Position numbers and translations under genes: made by a program. The notes under the pieces are model-generated. The model had not been told where the DNA came from. It worked only from the letters and a program-made list of their open reading frames with translations, and searched no databases. From Candidatus Scatosoma sp. (GTDB taxonomy: Bacteria > Bacillota > Clostridia > Christensenellales > Borkfalkiaceae): DNA of 64,000 nt. Location of the stretch: the NCBI GenBank assembly GCA_045542595.1, contig JAZQLI010000026.1, positions 4,732-68,731 on the forward strand, given 5' to 3'. This document shows, piece after piece, positions 27,434 to 39,093 of the stretch (its first letter is position 1; each line of letters opens with the position of its first letter).

Positions 27434-28597
27434 ATGTTAAAAGTTAAATTGATGAATAAAATTGCTAAAGTGGGCACGGATATTTTAGCGAATAGATATG
27501 AAGTGAGTGATAAAGTAGCCAACGAAGACGCCATTATGGTACGTTCGGCGGCGTTGCACGATATGCCGTTTTCTCCTAATCTTCGTGCTATCGCGCGTTG
27601 CGGCGCAGGGGTTAACAATATCCCCGTGGATAAATGTACCGATGCAGGCGTAGTAGTATTCAACACGCCGGGTGCAAACGCCAACGCCGTGAAAGAGCTT
27701 GCCATTGCCGCACTCATTTTGGCTTCGCGCGATATCGTCGGCGGTGTAAAATGGGTGGAAACGTTGGCAGGGCAAACGGGCGTTGCCAAAGCGGTAGAAG
27801 CAGGTAAATCCGCGTTTGTCGGGCACGAGCTTGCAGGCAAAACGTTAGGAGTCGTAGGGCTTGGCGCTATCGGCGGAATGGTAGCAAACGCCGCTATTTC
27901 ACTCGGTATGAACGTTATGGGCTACGACCCTTACATTACGGCAAAAGCCGCGTGGAGTTTAGCTCCGTCCGTACGTCAAGCGGCGGATTATGCGGAAATT
28001 TTCAAATCGTGCGACTATATTACTTTACACGTTCCTGCAACGCCGCAAACGAAGAATATGATTAACGAAAAATCGTTAACGCAAATGAAAGACGGCGTGC
28101 GTATACTCAACCTTGCACGTGCGGATTTGGTAGACGCGGCGGCGATAAAGGCGGCAATCGCGGATAAAAAAGTAGCGGCGTATATTACCGATTTCCCCAC
28201 CGAAGAAACGGTAGGGGTGGCAGGCATTACCGCCATTCCCCATCTTGGCGCGTCCACGGTGGAATCGGAAGACCATTGCGCGGTAATGGCGGCACAGGAG
28301 TTGGACGAATTTTTAACTTGCGGCAATATTAGAAACAGCGTCAATTTTCCTACGGTTAGCGTGCCCCGTTCGGGACATCCGCGCGTTTGCGTAATGAACA
28401 AAAACGTGCCTAATATGCTTTCGCAAATCACTTCGGCGTTTTCGTCGCAAAATATCAATATCGAAAATATGGCTAACGGTTCGAAGGGCGAAGTGGCATA
28501 CACTATCGTCGAAACCAACGAAAAGGCGGATGCGGGAGTCATTGCCGCGCTTAAAAATATCGAAGGCGTTTTCGGAGTGCGTATTTATAACGATTGA
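27434..28597 (+). CDS. serA: D-3-phosphoglycerate dehydrogenase (with C-terminal ACT domain)
   Basis: 2-hydroxyacid dehydrogenase NAD motif GVVGLGAIGG and a C-terminal ACT-like domain. ATG 27434 lies just after the serC stop. The extension from 27401 is rejected. Confidence 0.85.
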   Translation: MLKVKLMNKIAKVGTDILANRYEVSDKVANEDAIMVRSAALHDMPFSPNLRAIARCGAGVNNIPVDKCTDAGVVVFNTPGANANAVKELAIAALILASRDIVGGVKWVETLAGQTGVAKAVEAGKSAFVGHELAGKTLGVVGLGAIGGMVANAAISLGMNVMGYDPYITAKAAWSLAPSVRQAADYAEIFKSCDYITLHVPATPQTKNMINEKSLTQMKDGVRILNLARADLVDAAAIKAAIADKKVAAYITDFPTEETVGVAGITAIPHLGASTVESEDHCAVMAAQELDEFLTCGNIRNSVNFPTVSVPRSGHPRVCVMNKNVPNMLSQITSAFSSQNINIENMANGSKGEVAYTIVETNEKADAGVIAALKNIEGVFGVRIYND

Positions 28598-28616
28598 CAA
28601 TTACAGGAGAAAGACT

Positions 28617-29714
28617 ATGTCTGAAACCGTACTCAAAAAGGAAGAAAAAGTAGCGATAGCCTTACGTGCGTTGTACCGTACGTACGGCTATTTACCCTAT
28701 CAAATGAGTAAGTTCGAGCCGTACGATTTGTACGTAGCCAACAAAGATTTTTTGGTGGGAGACGGCGTTATTACGTTTACGGATACCGACGGTAAGTTGC
28801 TTGCGTTAAAACCGGACGTTACGTTGTCTATTATTAAAAACACGCAAGACGGCGAACTGCAAAAGGTGTATTATAACGAAAACGTATACCGTATTTCGGG
28901 CGAAACCAAGCAATTTAAAGAAATTATGCAAGTGGGTTTAGAATGCCTTGGCAATATCGGTTTATACGAAGTGTATGAAACGGTAACGCTGGCGGCGGCA
29001 AGCTTAAAAGAAATTTCAAACACATTCGTTTTGGATATCTCGCATTTAGGAATTATATCCGCGCTTTTAGACGAAATCGGGAAAGGAGAAAAATACAACG
29101 GGGAAATTATGCGCTGTCTTGCGGATAAAAACGCACACCAGCTCCGCTGCGTTTGCCTTTCCTATAACGTAGACGAAACGCAAACGCAAAAACTGCTTAC
29201 GGTATTGCAGGCGTACGGTGATATGGAAAAGGTGCTTACCGTTCTCGCGCCCGTTTGTACAAACGCCAAAGCCAAAAAAGCCTACGACGAATTATGCGCG
29301 CTGGTTGCCTTATTAAAAAGCGACGAAAATTATACCCGTATGCGGTTAGATTTTTCCGTCGTCAACGATATGAAATATTATAACGGAATCGTATTCAAAG
29401 GCTTTATCGACGGCGTATGCGAAGGGGTGCTTTCGGGCGGTCAGTACGATAGATTGATGAAACGCTTAGGCAAACAATCTAAAGCGATAGGTTTTGCCGT
29501 GTATACCGATTTGTTGGAACGCTTAAACGCACAAAAACCGTCGGTGGACGTCGATATAGTGGTATTGTACGACGAACAAACGGATTTGTCGGTTTTGGCG
29601 AATGCAACCAAAAATTTACAGTCGAAAAATATGCGTTTCCGCGTACAAAAAACAGCGGAAGGTATTCGCGGCGGCGAAACGCTCGATTTACGCGGTAAAG
29701 GGGGTAACGTATGA
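28617..29714 (+). CDS. hisZ: ATP phosphoribosyltransferase regulatory subunit
   Basis: A HisRS paralog (ALRALYRTYGYLPYQMSKFEPYDLY) lying directly upstream of a short hisG. A GGAGA RBS precedes ATG 28617. Confidence 0.85.
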   Translation: MSETVLKKEEKVAIALRALYRTYGYLPYQMSKFEPYDLYVANKDFLVGDGVITFTDTDGKLLALKPDVTLSIIKNTQDGELQKVYYNENVYRISGETKQFKEIMQVGLECLGNIGLYEVYETVTLAAASLKEISNTFVLDISHLGIISALLDEIGKGEKYNGEIMRCLADKNAHQLRCVCLSYNVDETQTQKLLTVLQAYGDMEKVLTVLAPVCTNAKAKKAYDELCALVALLKSDENYTRMRLDFSVVNDMKYYNGIVFKGFIDGVCEGVLSGGQYDRLMKRLGKQSKAIGFAVYTDLLERLNAQKPSVDVDIVVLYDEQTDLSVLANATKNLQSKNMRFRVQKTAEGIRGGETLDLRGKGGNV

Positions 29715-30343
29715 TAAACGTAGCACTCCCCAAAGGCAGGCTGGGCGAAAAAATTTACGCCAAATTTGAAGAAGCGGGCTACGAATGCCCGTCTATTAAG
29801 GAAAATAACCGTAAACTCATTTTCGAAAACGCGGAGAAGGGAATCCGTTATTTTTGGGTAAAGCCGTCCGACGTATCCATTTACGTAGAACGCGGCGCGG
29901 CGGATATCGGCGTTTGCGGTAAAGACATTTTAGCCGAATATTCGCCAAGTGTATACGAACTGCTCGATTTAAAGACAGGCATATGTAAAATGGCAGTGGC
30001 GGCGAAAAAAGATTTTTACGACGATAGAGAAACCACGCTTAAAGTGGCGACGAAGTTTGTCAACGTTGCCAAAGCGTATTACGCGCAAAAGGGTAGAGAT
30101 ATCGATATTATCAAGCTGAACGGCTCTATTGAAATCGCGCCTATTTTAGGGCTTTCCGACGTTATCGTGGATATCGTGGAAACGGGTACGACGCTCAAGG
30201 AAAATAATTTAGAAGTGAAAGAAACGATATTCCCTATCAGTGCAAGATTGATTGCAAATAAAGCGAGTTTTAAATTTAAAACGGAAGAAGTAGAACGGCT
30301 GGTATCGCGCGTTGGGCAGCTTATCGACGGAGACTTAGTATGA
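29711..30343 (+). CDS. hisG: ATP phosphoribosyltransferase, short form
   Basis: The protein begins MINVALPKGRL and contains DIVETGTTLKEN. Length is 210 aa. Confidence 0.9.
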   Translation: MINVALPKGRLGEKIYAKFEEAGYECPSIKENNRKLIFENAEKGIRYFWVKPSDVSIYVERGAADIGVCGKDILAEYSPSVYELLDLKTGICKMAVAAKKDFYDDRETTLKVATKFVNVAKAYYAQKGRDIDIIKLNGSIEIAPILGLSDVIVDIVETGTTLKENNLEVKETIFPISARLIANKASFKFKTEEVERLVSRVGQLIDGDLV

Positions 30344-31620
30344 TAAAAATTTATAAATACGGCGAAGTGTCAAACGAAGAAATATTTTCGCGCGTCAACC
30401 CTACTGCAAAGGTAGAAGGCGTGGTAGCGGAAATTATAGCGGAAGTAATAAAAAACAAGGACGCAGCGCTGAAAGCGTACGCGCAAAAATTCGACGGCGT
30501 AACGCTGGAAGGTTTAGAAGTAAGCCAAGCGGAAATTGACGCCGCGTATGCAAAAGCGGATACATATTTTATCGAAGTGCTGCAAGAAGCGGCGGCAAAT
30601 ATTCGCGCGTTTCACGAAAAGCAAAAACGCGAAGGCTTTACCTTACAACAGGAAAACGGAGTGGTTATCGGTCAAAAGATAACCGCTATTGAAAACGTGG
30701 GATTGTACGTACCGGGTGGTACGGCGGCATATCCTTCTACCGTGCTTATGGACGCCATTCCTGCAAAAATTGCAGGCTGTAAACAACTTGTAATGGTAAC
30801 GCCGCCTGCAAAAGACGGCGGTGTCAATCCCGATATTTTAACGGCGGCAAAGGTGGCAGGGGTAGACCGTATTTTCAAAATCGGCGGCGCACAGGCTATA
30901 GCGGCGCTTGCCTATGGCACGGAAAGCGTACCCAAAGTAGATAAAATAGTAGGTCCGGGCAATGCATTCGTTGCCGAAGCAAAAAAACAGGTTTTCGGTA
31001 AGGTTTCCATTGATATGATAGCAGGACCAAGCGAAATTTTGGTGGTGGCGGATAATACCAACAACCCCGACGATATCGCCGCGGATTTGCTTTCCCAAGC
31101 CGAACACGATAAGATGGCGAGTGCGGTACTCGTTACCGACGACGCGGATTTTGCACAGTCGGTTTCTGAAGCTCTCGAACGGCGTATTCCTAAGTTATTA
31201 CGCAGTGAAATCGCGAGAAAATCCATTGACGACAACGGGAAGATAATCGTAGCGGATACGTTGCTTGCCGCCATTGAAATCGCCAACGAAATTGCGCCCG
31301 AACATTTGGAACTTTGCGTGGATAACCCGTTTGAATATTTAGATAAAGTACAACACGCAGGTTCGGTATTTTTAGGTAAATATTGTCCCGAAGCGTTAGG
31401 GGATTATTTTGCAGGACCAAACCACACGTTGCCCACAAGCGGTACGGCGCGCTTTTCTTCCCCCCTTTCGGTGGACGATTTCGTAAAGAAAACACAGTTT
31501 ACCTATTACACGAAAGAAGCCCTTTTCAAGGTAGCGGATAAAATTGCCTACTTTGCTAATAAGGAAGGCTTGGAAGGCCACGCAAAAAGCGCTACCACGC
31601 GTTTTGAGGAAGAGAAATGA
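30340..31620 (+). CDS. hisD: histidinol dehydrogenase
   Basis: VPGGTAAYPSTVLM, LSQAEHD and GDYFAGPNHTLPT motifs. Confidence 0.95.
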   Translation: MIKIYKYGEVSNEEIFSRVNPTAKVEGVVAEIIAEVIKNKDAALKAYAQKFDGVTLEGLEVSQAEIDAAYAKADTYFIEVLQEAAANIRAFHEKQKREGFTLQQENGVVIGQKITAIENVGLYVPGGTAAYPSTVLMDAIPAKIAGCKQLVMVTPPAKDGGVNPDILTAAKVAGVDRIFKIGGAQAIAALAYGTESVPKVDKIVGPGNAFVAEAKKQVFGKVSIDMIAGPSEILVVADNTNNPDDIAADLLSQAEHDKMASAVLVTDDADFAQSVSEALERRIPKLLRSEIARKSIDDNGKIIVADTLLAAIEIANEIAPEHLELCVDNPFEYLDKVQHAGSVFLGKYCPEALGDYFAGPNHTLPTSGTARFSSPLSVDDFVKKTQFTYYTKEALFKVADKIAYFANKEGLEGHAKSATTRFEEEK

Positions 31621-32684
31621 GTAAGTTTTTTAGCGAAAAATTTAAATCGCTTACGGCGTATACCCCTGGGGAACAACCCAAGGATATGCAATATATTAAG
31701 CTCAACACTAACGAATCGCCCTTTCCGCCGCCGCAATCGGTTGTAGATGCGGCGCAACAAGCCGCGTCGAAAGCGCAACTGTATTCCGACCCAAATTGCA
31801 CTCTGCTTGCGGAAAAAGCAGCGGAAATATTTGGCGTTAAACGTACGGAAATGCTGTTTACAAACGGCTCGGACGAAATATTGAATTTCGCATTTATGGC
31901 GTTTTGCGATAAAAATAGCGGTGCGATATTCCCCGATATTACCTACGGTTTTTATCCCGTATTTGCAAAGCTGTATAATATTCCGTATAAAGAAATTCCG
32001 TTGAAAGCGGATTTTTCTATAGATTATCACAATTATTTACACGCCAACGCAATGGTGGTGTTGGCAAACCCCAACGCGCCGACGGGGCTTACGCTTACCG
32101 TAGCGGAAATAGAAGAAATTGTAAAATCTAACCCCGATAACGTAGTGGTAATCGACGAAGCATACGTCGATTTCGGTGGAGAGAGCTGTGTACCGCTTAT
32201 CCATAAATACGATAATCTGTTAGTAACGCAAACCTTTTCCAAATCTCGAAGTTTAGCAGGCGCGCGCTTGGGCGTGGGCTTTGCTTGCGAAAGCCTAATT
32301 AAGGATTTGAATACCATTAAGTACTCTACAAATCCGTATAACGTCAATGGTATGACGATGGCAGCAGGGCACGCAGCGCTTTGCGAAAACGAGTATTTTA
32401 TGCAAAAATGCAACGAAATTTGCCAAAACCGCGCGTATACCGCAAAAGAGTTGGAAAAACTCGGGTTTACGGTATTGCCCAGTAAAACAAATTTCCTGTT
32501 TATCCAATCGGATAAAATCGACGGGCAAACGTTGTACGAACAATTAAAAGCGAAAGGCGTTTTGGTGCGGCATTTTAACGCGGAGCGCATAACGGCATAT
32601 AACCGCGTAACCATAGGCACGAAAGCGCAAATGGACTCTTTTTTGGCTGCGGTAGAAGAAATTTTAAAGGAGCAAAAGGTATGA
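31617..32684 (+). CDS. hisC: histidinol-phosphate aminotransferase
   Basis: KLNTNESPFPP and TFSKSRSLAGARLG (PLP lysine) motifs. Confidence 0.9.
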   Translation: MSKFFSEKFKSLTAYTPGEQPKDMQYIKLNTNESPFPPPQSVVDAAQQAASKAQLYSDPNCTLLAEKAAEIFGVKRTEMLFTNGSDEILNFAFMAFCDKNSGAIFPDITYGFYPVFAKLYNIPYKEIPLKADFSIDYHNYLHANAMVVLANPNAPTGLTLTVAEIEEIVKSNPDNVVVIDEAYVDFGGESCVPLIHKYDNLLVTQTFSKSRSLAGARLGVGFACESLIKDLNTIKYSTNPYNVNGMTMAAGHAALCENEYFMQKCNEICQNRAYTAKELEKLGFTVLPSKTNFLFIQSDKIDGQTLYEQLKAKGVLVRHFNAERITAYNRVTIGTKAQMDSFLAAVEEILKEQKV

Positions 32685-33268
32685 GAAAAAGTGAAATTGT
32701 ACGTAAAACGGCGGAAACGGATATTCGTTTATCGCTTACAATCGACGGTACGGGCGCAAGCATAATCGATAGCGGTTGCGGCTTTTTAGACCATATGCTC
32801 ACTCTGTTTGCCAAACACGCGGGATACGATTTACAGGTGTTTTGTAAAGGGGATATAGAAGTAGATTATCATCATACCGTAGAAGATATCGGTATCGCAC
32901 TCGGTCAGGCGTTTTATAACGCTGTGGGCGATAAGCGCGGCGTATACCGCTACGGCGATATTATGTTGCCTATGGACGAAACGCTGATTATGGCGGCGGT
33001 AGATTTATCGGGTAGAGATTATGCTTCTATCGCTTTAGAACTTCCCACCGCAAAAGTGGGCGATTTCGATTGCGAGCTTTGCGAAGAGTTTTTTCTGGCG
33101 TTCGTGCGTGAAGCGAAAATAACGTTACACGTGAAACAATTAGCGGGTAGAAACTCTCACCACATTATAGAAGGCGTATTCAAAGCGGTAGCGCGTGCGT
33201 TGGGTAAGGCGACGGCTATTGACGAACGTCGGAAAGACGAAGTACCGTCTACAAAAGGCGTGTTGTAA
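32681..33268 (+). CDS. hisB: imidazoleglycerol-phosphate dehydratase (monofunctional)
   Basis: RKTAETDI, DYHHTVEDIGIALG and SHHIIEGVFKA motifs. At 195 aa it has no fused phosphatase domain. Confidence 0.95.
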   Translation: MRKSEIVRKTAETDIRLSLTIDGTGASIIDSGCGFLDHMLTLFAKHAGYDLQVFCKGDIEVDYHHTVEDIGIALGQAFYNAVGDKRGVYRYGDIMLPMDETLIMAAVDLSGRDYASIALELPTAKVGDFDCELCEEFFLAFVREAKITLHVKQLAGRNSHHIIEGVFKAVARALGKATAIDERRKDEVPSTKGVL

Positions 33269-33278
33269 GGGGACGGCA

Positions 33279-33890
33279 ATGATAGCGATTATCGATTACG
33301 GCGTAGGCAATTTATTTTCCCTGCTTTCGTCTTTCAAACGTATCGGCGAGGAAGCGGTGGTTACGTCGGATAAAGCGGAGATAGAAAAAGCCGATAAAAT
33401 TATATTGCCGGGCGTTGGCGCGTTTCAAGACGCGGCAAAAAAACTCCGTGAAAGCGGTTTGGACGAAGTGGTAAAACAGCAGGTAAAAAAGGGCAAGCCG
33501 CTTATGGGCATATGCTTGGGTATGCAGTTGTTGTTTGAAAAGAGTTTCGAATACGGCGAGCACGAAGGTTTGGGCTTGATTCAAGGCAAAGTAGTGCCTA
33601 TCAAAGGCGAAGTGGACGCTTCCCTTAAAATTCCCCAAATCGGTTGGAACGCTTTGCATTTTACCCGTCCGCATAAATTATTTCAATATATAAAGGAAGG
33701 CGACCACGCCTATTTCGTGCATTCGTATTTCGCAACAGATTGCGCTAAAGCGGTAATTGCAACGACGGAATACGGCAAGCAGCTGACGGCTGCGGTAGCG
33801 CAGGGCAACGTTATGGGTTGTCAATTCCACCCCGAAAAAAGCGGTGAAGTGGGTTTGAATATCCTGCGTGGTTTTTGCGCTTTACAGTAA
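33279..33890 (+). CDS. hisH: imidazole glycerol phosphate synthase, glutaminase subunit
   Basis: The protein begins MIAIIDYGVGNLFS and contains GICLGMQ and QFHPEKS. The extension from 33195 overlaps hisB and is rejected. Confidence 0.9.
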   Translation: MIAIIDYGVGNLFSLLSSFKRIGEEAVVTSDKAEIEKADKIILPGVGAFQDAAKKLRESGLDEVVKQQVKKGKPLMGICLGMQLLFEKSFEYGEHEGLGLIQGKVVPIKGEVDASLKIPQIGWNALHFTRPHKLFQYIKEGDHAYFVHSYFATDCAKAVIATTEYGKQLTAAVAQGNVMGCQFHPEKSGEVGLNILRGFCALQ

Positions 33891-33899
33891 AGGACATAT

Positions 33900-34613
33900 A
33901 TGAATATTTTTCCTGCAATAGATTTATACGATAATAAAGCAGTACGCTTATATAAGGGCGATTACGCGCAAATGACGGTGTACAGCGACAACCCCGTGTC
34001 CGTCGCGCGTGATTTTGCACGTCAAGGCGCGCAATTTATCCACGTAGTAGATTTGGCTGGGGCAAAGCTGGGAAAACCCGTGCATTTGGATATTTTACGC
34101 GCGATTGCAAATGAAACGGACTTGTTTATCGAAGTGGGCGGCGGTATTCGTGATATGCAAACGGTAGAAACCTATCTTTCGGTAGGCGTGCACCGCGTCA
34201 TTTTAGGTACGGCGGCGGTTACCAACGAAAGTTTTTTAAAAGCAGCTCTCGAAAAATACGGCGATAAAATAGCGGTGGGCGCGGATATAGCGGACGGCAA
34301 AATTGCCATTAAAGGTTGGTTGGAAAAATCCCATTATACCATTGATACGTTTATGCAAAAAATGCTTTCGCTTGGCGTAAAAACGGTAATTTGTACCGAC
34401 GTTTCCAAAGACGGAGCAATGAAAGGCGCAAATCACGCGCTTTATAAATATTTAAAAGACAAATACACAATCGACGTGATAGCAAGCGGTGGCGTATCGT
34501 CGATGGACGATATTTCCGCGTTAAAAGAAACGGGTACGTACGGCGCGATTATCGGTAAAGCATACTATATCGGCGCGATTGATTTACAAACGGCAATACA
34601 GGTGGCAAAATGA
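33900..34613 (+). CDS. hisA: ProFAR isomerase
   Basis: FPAIDLYDNKAVRLYKGDY and EVGGGIR motifs. Confidence 0.9.
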   Translation: MNIFPAIDLYDNKAVRLYKGDYAQMTVYSDNPVSVARDFARQGAQFIHVVDLAGAKLGKPVHLDILRAIANETDLFIEVGGGIRDMQTVETYLSVGVHRVILGTAAVTNESFLKAALEKYGDKIAVGADIADGKIAIKGWLEKSHYTIDTFMQKMLSLGVKTVICTDVSKDGAMKGANHALYKYLKDKYTIDVIASGGVSSMDDISALKETGTYGAIIGKAYYIGAIDLQTAIQVAK

Positions 34614-35368
34614 TAACCAAACGGATTATTCCTTGTTTAGACGTCAAAGACGGACGGGTGGTAAAGGGCGTCAACTTCGATAAATTACGCGAAGTGGCTT
34701 CTCCCGTCGATTTGGCAAAATATTATTCCGATTGCGGCGCGGACGAGTTGGTGTTTTACGATATTACCGCTTCAGCGGAAGGTAGGAAAATATTCACCGA
34801 TATCTTAAAGGAAGCGGCACAAAACGTATTTATTCCGCTCACCGTGGGCGGCGGAATCCGTAGCGTAGCCGATTTCGAGCGCGTGCTCTCTTGCGGCGCG
34901 GATAAAGTCAGCGTCAATTCAGGCGCGATAGCTAATAAAAGTCTGATAGGGGAAGCGGCGAAAAAATACGGCAATCAATGCGTAGTTATCTCCGCCGATA
35001 TCAAACGGGTAAACGGATCGTTTCACGTTTTTGCCAAAGGCGGCAGGGAAGATACGGGTATGGACGCTATCGAATGGATTGTCCGCTGCGTAAACGAAGG
35101 CGCAGGGGAAGTGGTAGTCAATTCTATGGATACCGACGGAGTGAAAAACGGATTTGACGTTCCGCTTTTACAGCGTGTATGCGGCGCGGTAGACGTGCCC
35201 GTAATAGCAAGCGGCGGCGCGGGGAAGCAAGAACATTTCCTTTCGCTTTTTCAACAAATCCCCACGATAGACGCAGGGCTGGCGGCTTCCGTGTTCCACT
35301 TTGGAGAAATACAAATACGTGATTTAAAGAAAATGCTTACTGAAAACGGCATAAATATGCGTTTATAA
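34610..35368 (+). CDS. hisF: imidazole glycerol phosphate synthase, cyclase subunit
   Basis: [24 protein letters not shown] and IASGGAG motifs. Confidence 0.95.
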   Translation: MITKRIIPCLDVKDGRVVKGVNFDKLREVASPVDLAKYYSDCGADELVFYDITASAEGRKIFTDILKEAAQNVFIPLTVGGGIRSVADFERVLSCGADKVSVNSGAIANKSLIGEAAKKYGNQCVVISADIKRVNGSFHVFAKGGREDTGMDAIEWIVRCVNEGAGEVVVNSMDTDGVKNGFDVPLLQRVCGAVDVPVIASGGAGKQEHFLSLFQQIPTIDAGLAASVFHFGEIQIRDLKKMLTENGINMRL

Positions 35369-35376
35369 GGAGAATT

Positions 35377-36027
35377 ATGATTAACATTGACAAATTGAAA
35401 TTTGACGAAAACGGATTGATTCCTGCAATCGTAGTAGACGTGCACACGAAAGACGTACTCACGCTTGCGTATATGAATAAGGAAAGTTTGCAAATCACTT
35501 TGGAAAAGGGTTGCACGTGCTTTTGGAGTAGAAGTCGCCAAAAACTTTGGCTGAAAGGGGAAACTAGCGGTAATTATCAGCACGTCGTTTCGATAACGGC
35601 AGATTGCGATAAAGACGCGTTGGTTGTAAAAGTGGAGAAGGACGGACCTGCCTGTCATACGGGCGCGGAGAGTTGTTTTTTCAACCCCGTATATATTAAC
35701 GAGGAAAAATCGGAATTCAGCTTGCGCGGCTTATACGCGTTGTTGGAAGGGAGAAAAAAGAATATGCCGCAAGGCTCGTACACTACCTATCTGTTTGAGA
35801 AAGGCTTAGATAAAATACTCAAAAAGATAGGGGAAGAAAGTACGGAAGTTATCATTGCCGCGCACGCAAAAGATAAAAAGGAAACGGTATACGAAATAGC
35901 CGACCTTGCCTATCACGTAATGGTAATGATGGTGCAAAACGGCATTACCGTAGACGACGTGCAAAAGGAACTTGCTTCCCGCCACGTTATCGACCATAAA
36001 GTCAAGCAAGAAAAAATGACGGAATAA
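35377..36027 (+). CDS. hisI: bifunctional phosphoribosyl-AMP cyclohydrolase / phosphoribosyl-ATP pyrophosphatase
   Basis: The HisI part has GLIPAIVVD and WLKGETSGN. The HisE part has [16 protein letters not shown] and [11 protein letters not shown]. Confidence 0.9.
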   Translation: MINIDKLKFDENGLIPAIVVDVHTKDVLTLAYMNKESLQITLEKGCTCFWSRSRQKLWLKGETSGNYQHVVSITADCDKDALVVKVEKDGPACHTGAESCFFNPVYINEEKSEFSLRGLYALLEGRKKNMPQGSYTTYLFEKGLDKILKKIGEESTEVIIAAHAKDKKETVYEIADLAYHVMVMMVQNGITVDDVQKELASRHVIDHKVKQEKMTE

Positions 36028-36074
36028 GTGTCGGGCATTTTTGCGTAGTCAGTATGAAAATGTTAAAAAAAAGA

Positions 36075-36109
36075 AGAGCAAACGCAAGCCGTTTGCTCTC
36101 TCTTTTTTT
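36075..36109. terminator. bidirectional rho-independent terminator
   Basis: A 10-bp stem agagcaaacg / cgtttgctct with loop caagc, flanked by A- and T-runs. It lies between the convergent genes hisI and a lipoprotein gene. Confidence 0.7.
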
Positions 36110-36797
36110 AACTCTCCCTTTTGGCGAGTATTTTTCCCGTTTTTCCGTTTAATAAAAACGCTGTAGTTTTTCCGTCCCGTCCGATAACGCCTACGTAATA
36201 ATAAGGCGCATCTTCATATAACAGTCGCAAATAAATTTCTCCTGCAAAGCCGTATTCGTCAGTCAGGCTCGAAAATAATTCCTTTTCCGCTTCACAAAGA
36301 CCTTTTAAAGCCGTTTCGGGGGATATAGTATCTTCGGTAAGCACCGATTGCGCGCAAAGAGAGAGCTCCTGTTCTCCGTACGTAATTTTGCAATCGATTT
36401 GCTTTTGCTTTGCAACGTTTAGCGTACAAGAATAAAAATATTCGCTTTTCACGTTGTCGAAGGACATTTCTCCGCCGTACTTTTCGCCGTCTACCGTAAA
36501 CGTAAGGATACACTCCTTTTCAAACGAAGGGGCAACCAAATACACTTCGCAACGAGTGGACGTTTCCCGTTTCGCTCCGTCGGAAAGATAGGGAGTTTCT
36601 TTGGCTACGGCGTATACTCGTAAGGAAAATCCGTCCGTTTCCGCAAGGAATATATTCTCTCTCAATTCCGAAACGTAGTCGAAATAGTTCACGTTTTTGC
36701 TGCAAGCACAAAGCAAAACAAGCAGGAAGCCAAAAAATAGAAAAAAGAGTTTTTTCGGGTGTACAACCGTTAACAATTTACGTTGAAAAGTTCTCAT
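36108..36797 (-). CDS. hypothetical lipoprotein with a PepSY-like C-terminus
   Basis: Signal peptide with a lipobox-like LLCAC. The C-terminal YYVGVIGRDGKTTAFLLNGKTGKIL resembles a PepSY motif. No family was firmly recognised. Confidence 0.5.
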   Translation of the reverse strand: MRTFQRKLLTVVHPKKLFFLFFGFLLVLLCACSKNVNYFDYVSELRENIFLAETDGFSLRVYAVAKETPYLSDGAKRETSTRCEVYLVAPSFEKECILTFTVDGEKYGGEMSFDNVKSEYFYSCTLNVAKQKQIDCKITYGEQELSLCAQSVLTEDTISPETALKGLCEAEKELFSSLTDEYGFAGEIYLRLLYEDAPYYYVGVIGRDGKTTAFLLNGKTGKILAKRES

Positions 36798-36912
36798 ACG
36801 TCATTATATTAAAAAAAGATTGAAATCATAACCAACAAAATTCGTTTATACAGTTGATTTTTTATTTTTAATGTGGTAAAATAATATAAATATAGTGGAG
36901 GAGTAAAAGCAT

Positions 36913-37536
36913 ATGCACGTTGATAAAATCATTTTACGCGCCGCATTGACAACGCTTGCCGTTGTTTTGATGCTCTGTGCGTTTATGACGCTTGCGCTGT
37001 GCTTTGTCTTTCCGTCTACTATGATGCACATCACGTACGATATGGGTATGAACGCCGCGTCCGTGAAATATGCCGAACGCGCATACGATTATTCGGGCGA
37101 CGTGTATTACGCAGCGTTTGCTACCGAAGTGGCTATTTTAGACGGTAATACCGAAAAAATTGCCGAGTGCGGTAACGAACTTATTTCCGACGAGCAATTT
37201 GCAACCTATTGCGCAGCGAGAAACGCCGACAAGCCGCCTCTTGCAACGGGTAAGTACGAACAGTACGTTTACGGGCAGGTTTACGCGGCGGAGTACGTTA
37301 TCGCAACGACGGCGGCAGAAAAATCATTAGTGATAAATAAAGCGTTTTTGTCGTTAGAAGCGGACTCGTTTCCGCAAGGGAATGCCGTGGCAACGGTGGT
37401 AATAGCCGCGCGTAAAAAAGACGATACGGAAACGCTTCTTGCGATAAGGGAAAAAATGAATGAGATAGACAAAGACGCTTTTACGGCGGCGGACGCCTCG
37501 CGGTTTGACGACGTCTTTGCCTTAACAAACGGATAA
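36913..37536 (+). CDS. hypothetical N-terminally membrane-anchored protein
   Basis: A GGAGGAG RBS is present. One or two N-terminal TM helices are followed by an alanine-rich helical domain. No family was recognised. Confidence 0.45.
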   Translation: MHVDKIILRAALTTLAVVLMLCAFMTLALCFVFPSTMMHITYDMGMNAASVKYAERAYDYSGDVYYAAFATEVAILDGNTEKIAECGNELISDEQFATYCAARNADKPPLATGKYEQYVYGQVYAAEYVIATTAAEKSLVINKAFLSLEADSFPQGNAVATVVIAARKKDDTETLLAIREKMNEIDKDAFTAADASRFDDVFALTNG

Positions 37537-37563
37537 ATGGACGAGCTGCCTTTTGGGCGGTAA

Positions 37564-39084
<1,521 letters not shown>

Positions 39085-39093
39085 GGATTATAT

